The position numbers were made by a program, and so were the translations under genes. A DNA stretch of 59,741 bases from Macrostomum lignano (lineage: Eukaryota), in NCBI GenBank assembly GCA_002269645.1, contig NIVC01002873.1, forward strand, positions 73,037 to 132,777, read 5' to 3'. Under the pieces are notes generated by a model. The model ran no database searches. It was not told the origin of the DNA and saw only the letters and a program-made list of their open reading frames with translations. Shown in pieces: positions 31,846 to 42,739 of the stretch; within the stretch, counting starts at the first letter, position 1, and every line of letters begins with the position of its first letter.

Positions 31846-32821
31846 ACTGGGGGTGGACCGAGGTTCCTCGGGCCTCGAGGTCGACGAGGCTGGCCCAGAC
31901 GGCGTCGATCATCGTGGCGCCCGTCGACCCGGGGCCGGACGCGAGCGCGCTTAGCGGGCTCAGGGAGTCAGAGCAGATGCGGACCGACAGCTCTCCCGGG
32001 TCCGGGGCCGCGAGCACCCACCGAAGGGCCTCAGCGATGGCCACTAACTCGGCGCGGAAGCTGGACGTCACGTGGCCAGCAGCGACGCACAGCGTGGTGT
32101 TGGGCTCGACCAGGATGCCGCTGCCGCCGTCCAGGATGCCATCCTTCGCCGCTCCGTCGGTCCAGACCACGGTGCCAGCGGGCGGCAGGGCGGCAAGCGT
32201 CTGCTCCGCCGCGGCTCTCCGGGCCTCCGGCAGGTCCCCCGGGAGGCCAGCTGGGTGCCTGGCCACGCGGGAATCCCCGGCAACGAGGCCGTGGACGAGA
32301 TCGCCAAGCGAGGCTCCTCGCTGGCGCAAGGCACCGCGCCCGTGCCGTTGGCTGCCGCGCAGGCTGCCGTCCGCCGCCACTGCCTCGCCCGCTGGCACCA
32401 GATCTACAACGCGGCGGCCACCGAGGCGGCGAGCACGAGCTCGCTTGCCTGGCACCTTGCCTGCACGGCGGGCCGCCTGCCGCCTCAGCCGACGAGTGAC
32501 CTCACGCGGCGGCAGGAGCGGCTGATCTGCCAGCTGCGCGCCGACCGCTGCCCGGCCTTGCGAGGCTTCCAGGCCGCCATCGGTGTTGATGTGGCCCCCA
32601 CCTGCCGCTTCTGTGGCGATGGAGAGGAGACGGCGGCCCATCTGCTAATCTCCTGCCCCGCCCTGACTCCACACCGCTGCCGCCTCTGGGGGCCAAGCCC
32701 GGAGCTCGCGGCAGTTTTCGAGAACTGCGTCGCGGTGTTGAACTTCCTCGGGAAGGCGGGCGCCGTCTGACGCCCGGTGCCATGGGCCCTGGCCCGAGCA
32801 CGCCCGAAGAAGAAGAAGAAG
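31846..32821 (+). mobile_element. Young 5'-truncated, 5'-inverted RNase H-bearing non-LTR retrotransposon (I group) with (GAA)5 tail
   Basis: Minus strand 32251 to 31846 encodes VWTDG, SSFRAELVAI, ICSDS...VHPQ. Plus strand from 32252 encodes WVPGHAGIPGNEAVDEIAK...CRFC..HLLISC, with a stop at 32768-32770 and a GAA tail at 32806-32821. No internal stops in either piece. Confidence 0.92.
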
Positions 32822-32990
32822 CTCGGGACACCTGGCCGTGCCGGTCCGCGCCATCCGGCGCCTGTCAGAAATGCCGTCAGAAGGCGGCCGAACCGGCCGG
32901 GTCAGCGCTGGTCTGTCAGGAGTGCCGCAATGTCTACCATCGGCGCAGACCGAAGGCTATCCTTGCGGCTGCTTCCGGTGCCGCAACTGC
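32820..32990 (+). pseudogene. Relic of a Pcl paralogue exon 1 (PHD1 region)
   Basis: Aligns to 19711-19897 with a 6-nt in-frame insertion, a 22-nt deletion (between CGG microhomologies) and about 10 substitutions. Confidence 0.9.
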
Positions 32991-33723
32991 ATGCGGCTTC
33001 CGCAACCGGCGACTCCATCTGCCGTCATGTCTGATCTCCCCCAGTTAACTGGTCACTAGAGTGCCTCTCTAGAGTGGCAAATGGCATCAGGCCTGCTCCA
33101 TTGTTCACGACGGCCCGGATGCGAGCAAAGAAACTCAAGTAGCAGGGGAAGTCGATACAGACAGAGCTTTGCCCTTGCCTTCAGAACCCAACGCCACTTC
33201 AATGTCTTCAATCAGGGCGGCTGATCTGTCACCAGAGGCCTGTGGCGGCACCAATGCCTAACATGCAGGTCCCCCGCAGCACACCTCCCAGTCCCCGAAG
33301 TTCCCGAATCCTTTTCAGCAGTGCGGGATGAGAAGGACGGATAATATATGTAAAAAGAGCGGAACAGCTGATAAGCCAGCAAATGTATGAGTTGGGAGCA
33401 TTTATGCCATCTCTAATTATATTTGCAAGCGGAAAAGGTTATATTGGCTCAATAACTTACTCGGGCACACACAAATGTACATGCAAATGCAACCCTGCTG
33501 CTCACTGAAGAGCACCATTTTATACGCAAAGAAAAACACTCGATCTTCCTCATTTGACCTTTGTCGAGCTGGATAAAACGGAATACGAGTAAGTCTGCAG
33601 CAGTTCTAATTGCACATGGAGTATTCCAGTCCATCTGCTGACAGAGGTTCTCCTACAGAAAACTGAAGTGCAGGTAAATTCGCTGAGTACTTGGGTCCTG
33701 AGCACACAGTGCAGCTATACAAG

Positions 33724-36189
33724 CTAAGGCATGAGCAGTTGCTGATGCCAGACCAGCCTCAGAGCCGGTGCTGTCGCCAATGAGAGAACGGACACCAGGG
33801 CGGTCGGTCGGGTCACCGAGCTGCTCACAGAAACTGCCTCATCGCTGAGAAGCTTTGACCCTTTTATAAAAGTATACGGTCTCGCATCTGGATCTCCGTA
33901 TTCCCAATAGTCGCCCCTGTTGTTGCACAGGTCGGTGTGGCAGCGGCGGCAACTTTCCCAGCCAAATTGCTCGCAGTCCTCCCCGCAGCCAACCAGTATT
34001 GCCTGAAACTGGAGCAGGGTGTGGAAGATCGAATAGCTTTGTTGGGATCAATGCGAAAGCTGCGATTCTGACAGCTCAGCTCAGAACAGACGCAAAGAGT
34101 TTGAGTAAACTCGACAACTTACAGTGTCGTAAATAAGACCAGTGGAACAGCCATGTTTTCTGGGACACTGCATCGCAACCGGATGAATAACCTCTCCATC
34201 TTCAAAGTTCTGTGTTGCGTAGCAAGTGATTAAGTTCGGAAGTTCCGGTACCAGTTCCTTGGCGAATTTGTCGTTGCACAAATTTGTGGTGCATTCGCGA
34301 CAATCGAACACGCTCGGATCCCTGATATACCACTCTGGACAGTGTCCGCAGCGCACAAGCAATTGCTGAAGTGTAAGATATTTTAAAATGCCTGTTTGTA
34401 GCCATTAAATATTCGCTGATAAGATCATCGCCTGTTTCGTAATGGTTTTAGCTATGGGGCTAGAATTCCACGATATTACTTGGGACTAAGCGGTCTTATT
34501 CTAGATAGTTTCCGACTAATTCTATTTGCAAACTTATTCTATTTGCAAATCGGTGCAAGTAGATGCCGCGAACTGCCCGTGGGGAACTCGAAGAGCCGCG
34601 CTTAACTGCTGCGCCAACAGCGGCAAGACCAAGCGAGGGCAGCGAAGCGAGCGCCCGCGAGTTGAACGTCGGCGTGAGCGAAACCGGCGAGGTCAGCAAT
34701 GCGGTTCCGCCCCTCGAGCTGCTGCCATTCTTGGCCAATCGGATCTTCTGGGTGGCGCCGGGGACCGTGAGGCTCACTGTCATCGAGCCCCAGCGGTATC
34801 ACAGGGACGCTTCAGGTCACAGGTATCACAGGGACGCTTCAGGTAAGGACGCTGAACTTCCGCCCTCTCAACGCCGCCTGGCGGAGAGGACTGTTGGCGC
34901 AGCCACCGCTCGACTTAAGCTGTGACGTCATCGCGCTGCAAGAGGTTCCATCAGGGCCCAAGCTGAGGAACTCATTGTGAGGAACTGGGCGCCAGTCGAA
35001 CCCTCTGGTACACATGTCGGCGGACCAATAAAGCCGTGGAAGAGTTGGGAACCTGATCGGAGAAAGGCTGCAGCAGAGTTGTCGCTGGCATCTCCCTGTC
35101 TGACTGGCTGCTTCGGGTCAACGTCCGGCTTCGTGGTCGGAACGCTCATCTGTTCTGCGCCTAAGCGCCTCCTGCTATCCGACCTGACGAGGCTCAAGTC
35201 TTTTTCAAACAGCTCTCGACGCAGGTGGAGGAGAGGGCGCAGTGTGACACAGTGGTCTTTCTAAAGACTTCGCCACTGTTGACTTGCTTGACTCGCTGAC
35301 AACTTTGTTGTTGTTCGAGCTGGTTCTGTCGTCTGTCTACTGTTGTATAAATCCTAAGCACTCAACAAAATTTCTCTTTTGAAAACGCATCTCTCTAATA
35401 CGCTCGTAGCTCTTCCTATTCTTTAGTAGAGTTGCTCGCTTAATTAATAGCAAATAAATAAAGCTTAAAATCAACAATTACGGCAAAAACCACTTTTGTC
35501 GCTTGTTACCCTCCCGTTTTCAATTTGACACTTTCGATAGTACAATCGTTTGCTTATTTATATTGAGTGTTTCGTTCAATGATAAAATATACCCTGACGA
35601 CGGCCCTAGTGGGTTGAAACGCGTTGGTTTTCGCCGTAAATGTTGATTTTAAGGTTTATTTATTCTTCCTATTCTATCAATCAAAGACCATCGACCGGGC
35701 CACAGCTTAAAGCTTGGGTCAGCAACGACCAGCCCCGGAAATGCGGCAACTGAGATACCCGGGCCTGCGCAATCAGGCGAAGAGCTGCTCACATAAAAGC
35801 CGATTCTCTGTTTCCAGTTCTTCTTCGATTGAAGCTCGAAGCAGACGGTCGCGTTGGGACAGATTTTCATGCCCTTGGGAAAGTCGCGAGTCACGTCAGT
35901 ACCCCAGCCTCTGTAGCAGCTAATGGTTTCGTTTGACTGCGAATTGGCTCGGCCTAAAAAGGAAAACGTGCGAACGAGCGGTTTGTGTGGTGAGACGAGC
36001 TGACCGCCACCTGAAGTCAGCGATTCGAATTTCGTCCCAACCCTCCTAGACTAAGGAGTAACGCACCACAGTGTCTCAGGGTACTTTGCAAGAGAGATGA
36101 GAGCAATGTTCAACAGCAAACTCGAACGCACCGAGCAGAGCGCCAGCCAAAACGAGTGCAGCTATCGGCCAAAGGTGCTGCGCCAGCAT
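33724..36189 (-). CDS. Secreted/GPI-anchored protein with two Ly6/uPAR-like (three-finger) domains, 4 exons, 246 aa
   Basis: Exons 36189-36132, 35953-35793, 34365-34123 and 34002-33724 (phases 1,0,0; total 741 nt). Signal peptide MLAQHLWPIAALVLAGALLG; domains ISCY...CRECTTNLCN and ITCY...CRRCHTDLCN; Ser-rich then hydrophobic C-terminus. Most of it is missed by the ORF track. Confidence 0.85.
35588..35631 (+). ncRNA. Type I minimal hammerhead ribozyme motif of the Penelope-like retroelement kind
   Basis: ACC-CTGACGA(35594-35600)-C-GGCCC tagt GGGTT-GAAA(35616-35619)-CGCG-T-T-GGT. Conserved core, stem II, palindromic tetraloop in place of helix III, GUU cleavage site, 3-bp stem I; sits in an AT-rich tract. 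Confidence 0.65.
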
Positions 36190-36579
36190 TTGCCGCAGTT
36201 TAGACAGCTGGTAAAGTGTCTGCAATTGTTAAGGTTGTTGATATAAATCTGACTTCTTTCGTTGGTAGGCAGCTAATGTGCATTATCAATGTATTATCGC
36301 GCGCTTTTACTCATTCGTAGTGTTAAAATTTATAGTCTCTGGCCGAGACACAAACTGTAGTAACCAGATGCTGACTGCAGCTTAAAAACTGCAGTTAAAA
36401 GCTAAAAGGAAGCTAAAGAAAGCTAAAGCTAAAGCTGCAGTTAAAAGTTAAAAGCTGATCAATTTTAAGAGGAACGGAATGGTTCGGTGAGCTGTGGGGC
36501 TGAACTGCAGACTCCACAGACTACTCTATATAACATATAAGGGACCGCTTCTTCAAGGGCCGCACTTTTTAAAGGCCAT

Positions 36580-37245
36580 CTCATAAGCTAGAAAGCGCGG
36601 GATGCTCTTCGCTGCCTCTTTTTGATATATATATCCAGAGGTGCCCTGAGGAAGGCATTCATGCCTTTAAAAGGAGCAGCGTGTGGAGCGCCCATATTCA
36701 TGCGGCAGGCTCTGCCCTGGATTTTGTAGAGAGCGTCAAGGTTGCTCTACCCTTGCTCTCGATCGGTTATCCACTAGCCACTAGGTCGCTAGCCCAGGCA
36801 GTGGACCTGCTTCTCCATAGAAATGTCCTTTCCATAGAGGGTGAGGGCCTTCATGGTCCAGAGCAGTTTGGTAGCGGATTTCTTGCCTTTTAGACCGTAA
36901 GAGCGGGCAGGCTGCTTCATAGGCAGTGGTGATCGCCCCGCCCAGGGAGGAGGCAAGATCTTTGAAAACAGGCCGGTAAGGACCTCTTCCTCTGGCCCTC
37001 TATCTGGACAGGCGCCCTTTGAGAGCTTCCGTTGAGGTGGGCCACGACAGTGCAGTTCCAGATCATGAACATGATCCACCGGACTAGGTGAGGGTGCGTG
37101 TTCCTGGATTCCAGGGCTCTTCCAAGGCCTTGAAGATGACATTGTCGAAGACCTCCTCAATGTCCAAGAAAAGCGAGAGGGCAATCGGCCTCTCCAGGAC
37201 GTCAACGATGACATGGAGGAGTACTATCGGTGGACCTGCCGAAGT
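36580..37245 (-). mobile_element. Degenerate LINE reverse-transcriptase/connection fragment (same family as 30957-31205)
   Basis: SLFLDIEEVFDNV, LVRWI, LYGKDISMEKQVHCLG, ALYKIQGRACR..GAPH; 49 nt identical in inverted orientation to 30957-31005. Confidence 0.8.
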
Positions 37246-37284
37246 CATTTTGGTTCTGTGAGAGTGGGAAGCGCTTAAGCTCGA

Positions 37285-37286
37285 CC

Positions 37287-37350
<64 letters not shown>

Positions 37351-37493
37351 GCCTGTCTGTCTGCCTGTCTGCCTGTCTGTCTGTCTTAGTGCCTGTCTGT
37401 CTGTCTGTCTTAGTGTCTGTCTTAGTGCCTGTCTGTCTGTCTGTCTGTCTGTCTGTCTTAGTGCCTGTCTGTCTGTCTGTCTGTCTGTCTTAG

Positions 37494-37528
<35 letters not shown>

Positions 37529-37545
37529 TTTTCCGTCTGTCTGTA
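37285..37545. repeat. (GTCT)n microsatellite
   Basis: Read directly from sequence. Confidence 0.95.
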
Positions 37546-38116
37546 CTCTCTGTCTGAATGTACTCAAATGCGCCTCTAAGTCTTTAAATGCGCCGCGCAA
37601 TAGCTGCGGCTGAGCTGCAGGTTGCACATCTGCATATTAGAGCAGGTGTGATAAAACGCATTTGCGAGAAATGAATGCATAGTAACAACACACGTTATGG
37701 TGACTGGGCAAATAAATTTATGATTCCAGAATGTATTGGTGAAATAAAAAATCAATGTACGAGCTAGTGTGTAAAAATGTGTTTGACATTTACATACTTT
37801 TACATACTTTGGTCAAGCCAGCTAGTAGTGAATGGATAAGAGAGTATTACGCAACACAAGCGGCGATTGACGATTAATTAAAGTATTCAAAATATGAGTA
37901 AAGTATGAACGAGATCCATATAAAAGATAAAATGTGCTACGTATTAAGTCACTTCGTTTTTCGTGCGCAGGAGGATGCGATTCCAGGTGGATGAATGCGC
38001 TCTCTGGTATCCTCTGGTGTCCTCTGGTGTCCTTTGGTGTTCTTAGCGTCCTTAGTGCTTAGCGGTTTGTGCTCAGAGGGCCTTGCTGCACTGCCCATGC
38101 ATTCGGTCGAGCTCTC

Positions 38117-39683
38117 TTAAGCAATGAAGGCTCTGAGGCTGGCTAGGATGCCGGCGCCACATTTCGGACAGCTGGCCCTGTGCGACAAGCAGCCTGTGCA
38201 CAGCAGGAAGTGGGCACACGGCAGGGTCACTTGGGAGCGGCGCGCGGACTGGCAGGAGACGCACTGGTCTGATGACGGGACCTCAGCGGAGCTGGCTGCC
38301 TTGGAGCTGCAGCTGTCGGTGCCTGGTGAGTTATTTTGCTCCTGCAACTGCTGCTGCTGCTGCTGCTGCAGCGGACTGGGAGCCTGCGACCTGGCCGGCA
38401 GTGCTGCTGCTGCTGAGCACATCGGCGTCTCCAGCTGCTGCTCGTCGCGCGGCTGGCAAGCCTCAGTCAGAGCCAGCTCGATGTCAATCACGGCGCCGCT
38501 GTGCAGCAGAGCGTCCAGCGTGGCTTCGGACTGGTGCAGCAGCTGGATGATGTCTCCCGGCCGGCTGCCGCTGAGCACCCTGCCATCCCGGCTGCGCATG
38601 AACTCCCGGCACACCGCGAAGGCAACCTGGCGACGGTCGAATCCGTAGGAGGTCACGTGACCCAGCAGCTCGGAGCGGACGAAGAAGTCTTTGAACAGTT
38701 TGGCGCAGGCCCGGCGCAGCTTTGTAGCGTCTTCGACGGGCACCGCGCCGCTGTCGGCCGCCTGCAGGAAGCGCGCGAGCTGGCAAGCCGGGCTGCTGCT
38801 CAGGTGCAGCCGCAGGGCATCCGCAGCGGCGTCAGGCAGCTGCTGACAGCGAAGGCCGCAGTGGAAGCAGGTCGCCAATAATTTGCCTTTGTTCCGAACG
38901 TCCTCGTCGTCAGCAGCCTGAAAGTAAAATCCGGCATCGCTCCAGCCGGCTGCTTGCGTCTGGTCTCTGTTCTCAGAGTCTTTGTTGCTGTTATTGTTGT
39001 GGTCTCTGCCGCAGTTGCGGCTCTCGTCGAGCAGCAGAGAGCGAATTCGAGTTTGAGACGCCAGAAACTCCGGGTGCCGAGCGGCGGTGGCCACGAATAT
39101 CAAACAGCCTAACGGTAAATTTGTAATTAGCGGTAATAAGATTGGATTGTATTGTGTGAAGTACTATACAGTGTACATTGAAAACCGCCACTACAGAGAC
39201 TGGCAGAGTGATTGATTGACTTCAGCTCACTATCACTGCAAATGACGTCAAGTTTTCCAACTCGCTCTGCGCACTGCGTCTTTGATGGCGATTGTCAACG
39301 TACGCTACGCTACTATTGTGCAATTCTGTGATTACTACTGTAAATAGTAGTATTGGGCTATTTCTCGACCTATCAAATTGGATCTTAGAATTGTACATCA
39401 TCGCATGGTGGCAGGGTGGACCCGTCGGCGCACTGCAAGAAGACGCAGGTGCGGTGGGCACCTTAATAATCTATTGGCAGGGAAACAAGCTCAGCAATGG
39501 AGACTTACATAGGCAGTAGACCATCGCCTCAGCGCTTTGGCGACTAAACCGATCGAGTTTGGCAGCTGAACTGCCGCTGAACATCACGGACGTCAGCTGA
39601 GCAACTGCTGAGCCGCATTTGCGGCTGGAACTCCCCAGCTGCTGCTGATGATGCTGGCTGGAATGGCTGGCTGTGCTTAGCAT
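38117..39683 (-). CDS. IAP-like protein (divergent BIR, UBA-like, C3HC4 RING), 2 exons, 388 aa
   Basis: Exons 39683-39509 and 39108-38117 (phase 1; T|GTAAGT...TTAG|GC; total 1167 nt). BIR: RHPEF..RIRSL, AGFYF, CFHCG..H......C. UBA-like: HVTSYGFDRRQV. RING: CVSC..LPCAHFLLCTGC..CPKC..LRAFIA at the C-terminus. Confidence 0.85.
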
Positions 39684-41040
39684 TTTTATTGCGATTCGGT
39701 TAAATTTTTCCTTTTTTCGGTTATTCTCGTAGTTTTGCTGGGATAAAATGGGTTAAAAAAAGCGGTTGCAGCTACATATTTATACGGTGTATTATAGCTA
39801 GAAAAAATTCTGGAAAGTTCCAAGTTCACAATAAGGTAAAGCTGGCTGTACAAGTTCTATTTTTAGCACCCTGACTCACTAGCTTATGCCTCCAGTATTA
39901 TTAGCTAGTGAAAATGTCAGTACGCTACAACGTACACCACTGTTGGTACCATGTTGTGAGGTTATCTGTAGCTGCTTTCGATAGATAAGCGTTAATATTG
40001 AACATTCCCTGAGCTTTGGCATGTAACTATTACTTATTTTCTAAAATAAACACTGCATCAGTAAGTACATGTAGACCATATCTGATTATTATGCTTTGCA
40101 TACTAGGGTCATAGATCGAATTATTTGAATCCGTGCTTGATGACAGGCATAATACATGAACACATTCACTTATTCACCTTTACATGAGTAAACTGTAGTT
40201 CAGATCAACCTTATCGCGCAGTAGATTGCTAGTTCTTGAGTTAGACAGAACATTTAAATCCCATTGAAAATCATCAGTTATAAATTTCTGAGGCATTTTT
40301 ACTTACAAAAGCAGCATAAAAACTACCCAATGGACCTTAAGTTATCACCATATAGCACCTAGCTCATGGGGTTACCTACCGAGAGTGCACCTTGAGAGCT
40401 CTATCTTCACATTTATGAGAATTTCAAGGTGGCTGCTTCTATATTCACGTGTCCCACGCCATGTACAGTGTTTATGTGAACAAGTACAGGGCTAGTGCTC
40501 TAGGGTGCAATCTTTTGTGTACTTATAGTTCGTACAGCTAATTTCATTACTCTCAATGTCTATACCTTTTGATATTAGCTATCTACCACAAGCACTGTTC
40601 ATTCGTTTGTATCACGCGCTTCTGTCGTGGACCTGCTAAAGCGTGTGATATACATAGCATAGAGTGAGCACGACGCAAATTTGTACTTTGAGAGTATTTT
40701 TCCAGGAAAGCGCCTTCCTATGCTGCACGAGACTTAGTTTTCTACTGTTCTACTGTTTTCTACTTGCACGAAGGTTTCTGAACCAATATTTTCAGTCAAG
40801 CGCTTGTATAAGCTCAGTGCTCAGGAGTCAGCGCTGGTTCGGGACGATGTCGCCGAAGGCGTTGCACCAGGTTGCTCACAGCTGTCCTGCAGTTATTATT
40901 TTAACAGCGCCAAAGCCAAGATCACCAAACAGTGTAAAACACATGACGTGATGCCCCAGGACAAGTAAAGAGTAAAAATGAGAAGCAACATCTGATTGAA
41001 ACTATAGCCGAATAAAACATTAACTTGAATGAATCGGCTA

Positions 41041-41661
41041 TGCTCAGCAACAATCAAAAGTTCCACCCTCCAAGCGAGATTAAAATTCTCTCACTTATTG
41101 CTACAATTTCTCACTGACAATTCAACCCTCAAGTTTACGCAACTAAGCTGCAGTGAGGAAGGGAAAATTGATTGAATCAATAATAGACGTCAGTCGCACA
41201 AAATCATAACAGTTTAACTTTTTTAGTAATCAGTCAGTTAGAGTGGCAATGCTTAATAACGCGTGTGGGATGCCCTCGCACGCAGAAGTGCGGCCACTTT
41301 GCGGGGCATCCCCAGGATGAGGCAGTGCAGAAAGTCCTGGGAAGCTGCTGCCAAGCCTTTTCAATGGCATGACGCAGCTCCGCAACATTCTGTGGTGGAT
41401 TCTCGTTTTGAATGTTGCGTTTTATCGGAAGTCCCAGATATGCTCGATGGAATTAAAACGTCTGGGAACCGGGAAGGCCAGCGCAGAGTGCGCAGCTGTA
41501 GCTGTTCTTTCAGTCGACTAACAGCATCGGCTCGGTGTGGCGGCGCGTTGTCATCCTGGACAACCCTCTCAAGTGGCAATATAAGCTTTGCGTCACTCGC
41601 ATTAAGTGAGAAAAATTCATCCCGCTAATTGGAAGGTGGAACTTTTGACTATTGCTGAATA
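41041..41661 (-). mobile_element. Internally deleted Tc1/mariner element (621 bp) with TA target duplication
   Basis: About 33-bp imperfect TIRs (41041-41073 and 41629-41661) flanked by TA at 41039-41040 and 41662-41663. Retains transposase C-terminus QDDNAPPH, WPSRFPD, IEHIW, ELRHAIEKAW, MPRK..HTRY*. Confidence 0.88.
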
Positions 41662-42228
41662 TATTCTGCACCAGGAATACTAGTTCACTGCACAGATACT
41701 AAATATTATCTGTGGGTCACTGGGCTTCTAGAAAAACCACAGTACTATTGACTTTAGGAACAACGATTAAGGTTTGTTTTTTCTTTTGTCCAGCACCAAA
41801 GCATTAACAATAGGGCACCGTTCAAAAAGATGGCTTTTGGTTATATAATTTTTTTAAATTCATTCGTATTAAAAATCGTTAAAAATTTGCTTTAATCAAT
41901 CAAGGAGTGTATTGTCAAGTTCTTCCCATTTCCGAACCAATGCTCAAATCTGCAGCACTTCACGAAGAGCCAGCGTTCCAGACCATGTACCTGTCATTTC
42001 GTGTCTCTCAGAAGGAAAATCTTCCGTTATACAAGCCTCCATATCCACCAGTTCTTGAGCACGATCTGGAATATCCGTCCTGGTCCCTGTCTATCGTGGA
42101 AAACTGCCATATCCTTTTTGGTAATCCCAAGCATCCCAGGGGAAGCTGAACCCGTTCCTCAGCATCTCTTGGTACATGTACGTCATCCGATACCCATCGC
42201 TGGCGTTTTTCACCTCGAATCCGGCGTT

Positions 42229-42739
42229 CTACGCGTGTGCAGCTCGGAGCCGTCCCAAATCTTCATCTCCCACTCTCATTGTGGTGATGCCGCGGCTGAG
42301 AGAGTGGATATTGGAGAGACCTGCGGAAAGAAAGGGAGAACGCTGAGACAATTCTGCCTATTCCGCTGACTCCTGAGTCTTGTGTGAGCTCGAGCTTTCT
42401 TGCCAAGCTCACACAAGGTGTACAGCGGGCCTGACTTTCTAATCGTGCAGGCATGTACAGTCTCTGTGTCTTATTTTGAAGCTAAAAATGTACGGTAAAC
42501 ATCCCCAGATCCAGTTTTGGTTGCTTCTGATCCTCCAAAGGAAACCGCTGAGTCCAAGCAAATTTTGAAGCCCGTTTGCAGTAGGACGTAACTACGAGCT
42601 ACAAAGTAACTACTATGCAATAAAGTTATTTAAAAAGGACACACTTCAGACTCGAACAACTTGCAATTATCGAGCACAGCAGCAGAGCCAGCGCTGCTGC
42701 AACCGGGATAGAGGAGAGCTGCATCTTAGCAAACTCCAT
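42229..42739 (-). CDS. Hypothetical small secreted protein (94 aa) or pseudogene, 3 exons
   Basis: Exons 42739-42652, 42598-42494 and 42320-42229 are phase-1 concordant with good acceptors; hydrophobic leader VAAALALLLCSIIASC; donors are weak and no family is recognised. Confidence 0.35.

Noticed and set aside
29906-32821. APE, RT and RNase H fragments in colinear order as one full-length LINE
   Set aside because: They are separated by unrelated repeats, differ in GC content and decay, and the RNase H piece has its own 5' junction
34963-35000. Hammerhead-like CTGAGGA..stem..GAA..stem..GTC
   Set aside because: One core A is missing and stem I cannot pair
34500-35340. GC-rich intronic block with several ORFs in the Ly6-like gene
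   Set aside because: Possibly a LINE ORF1/5' UTR remnant, but no motif I can name and the frames are broken
40795-40970. Protein-like open frame VKRLYKLSAQ...QDK* after an acceptor
   Set aside because: No coherent upstream exons or recognisable motif
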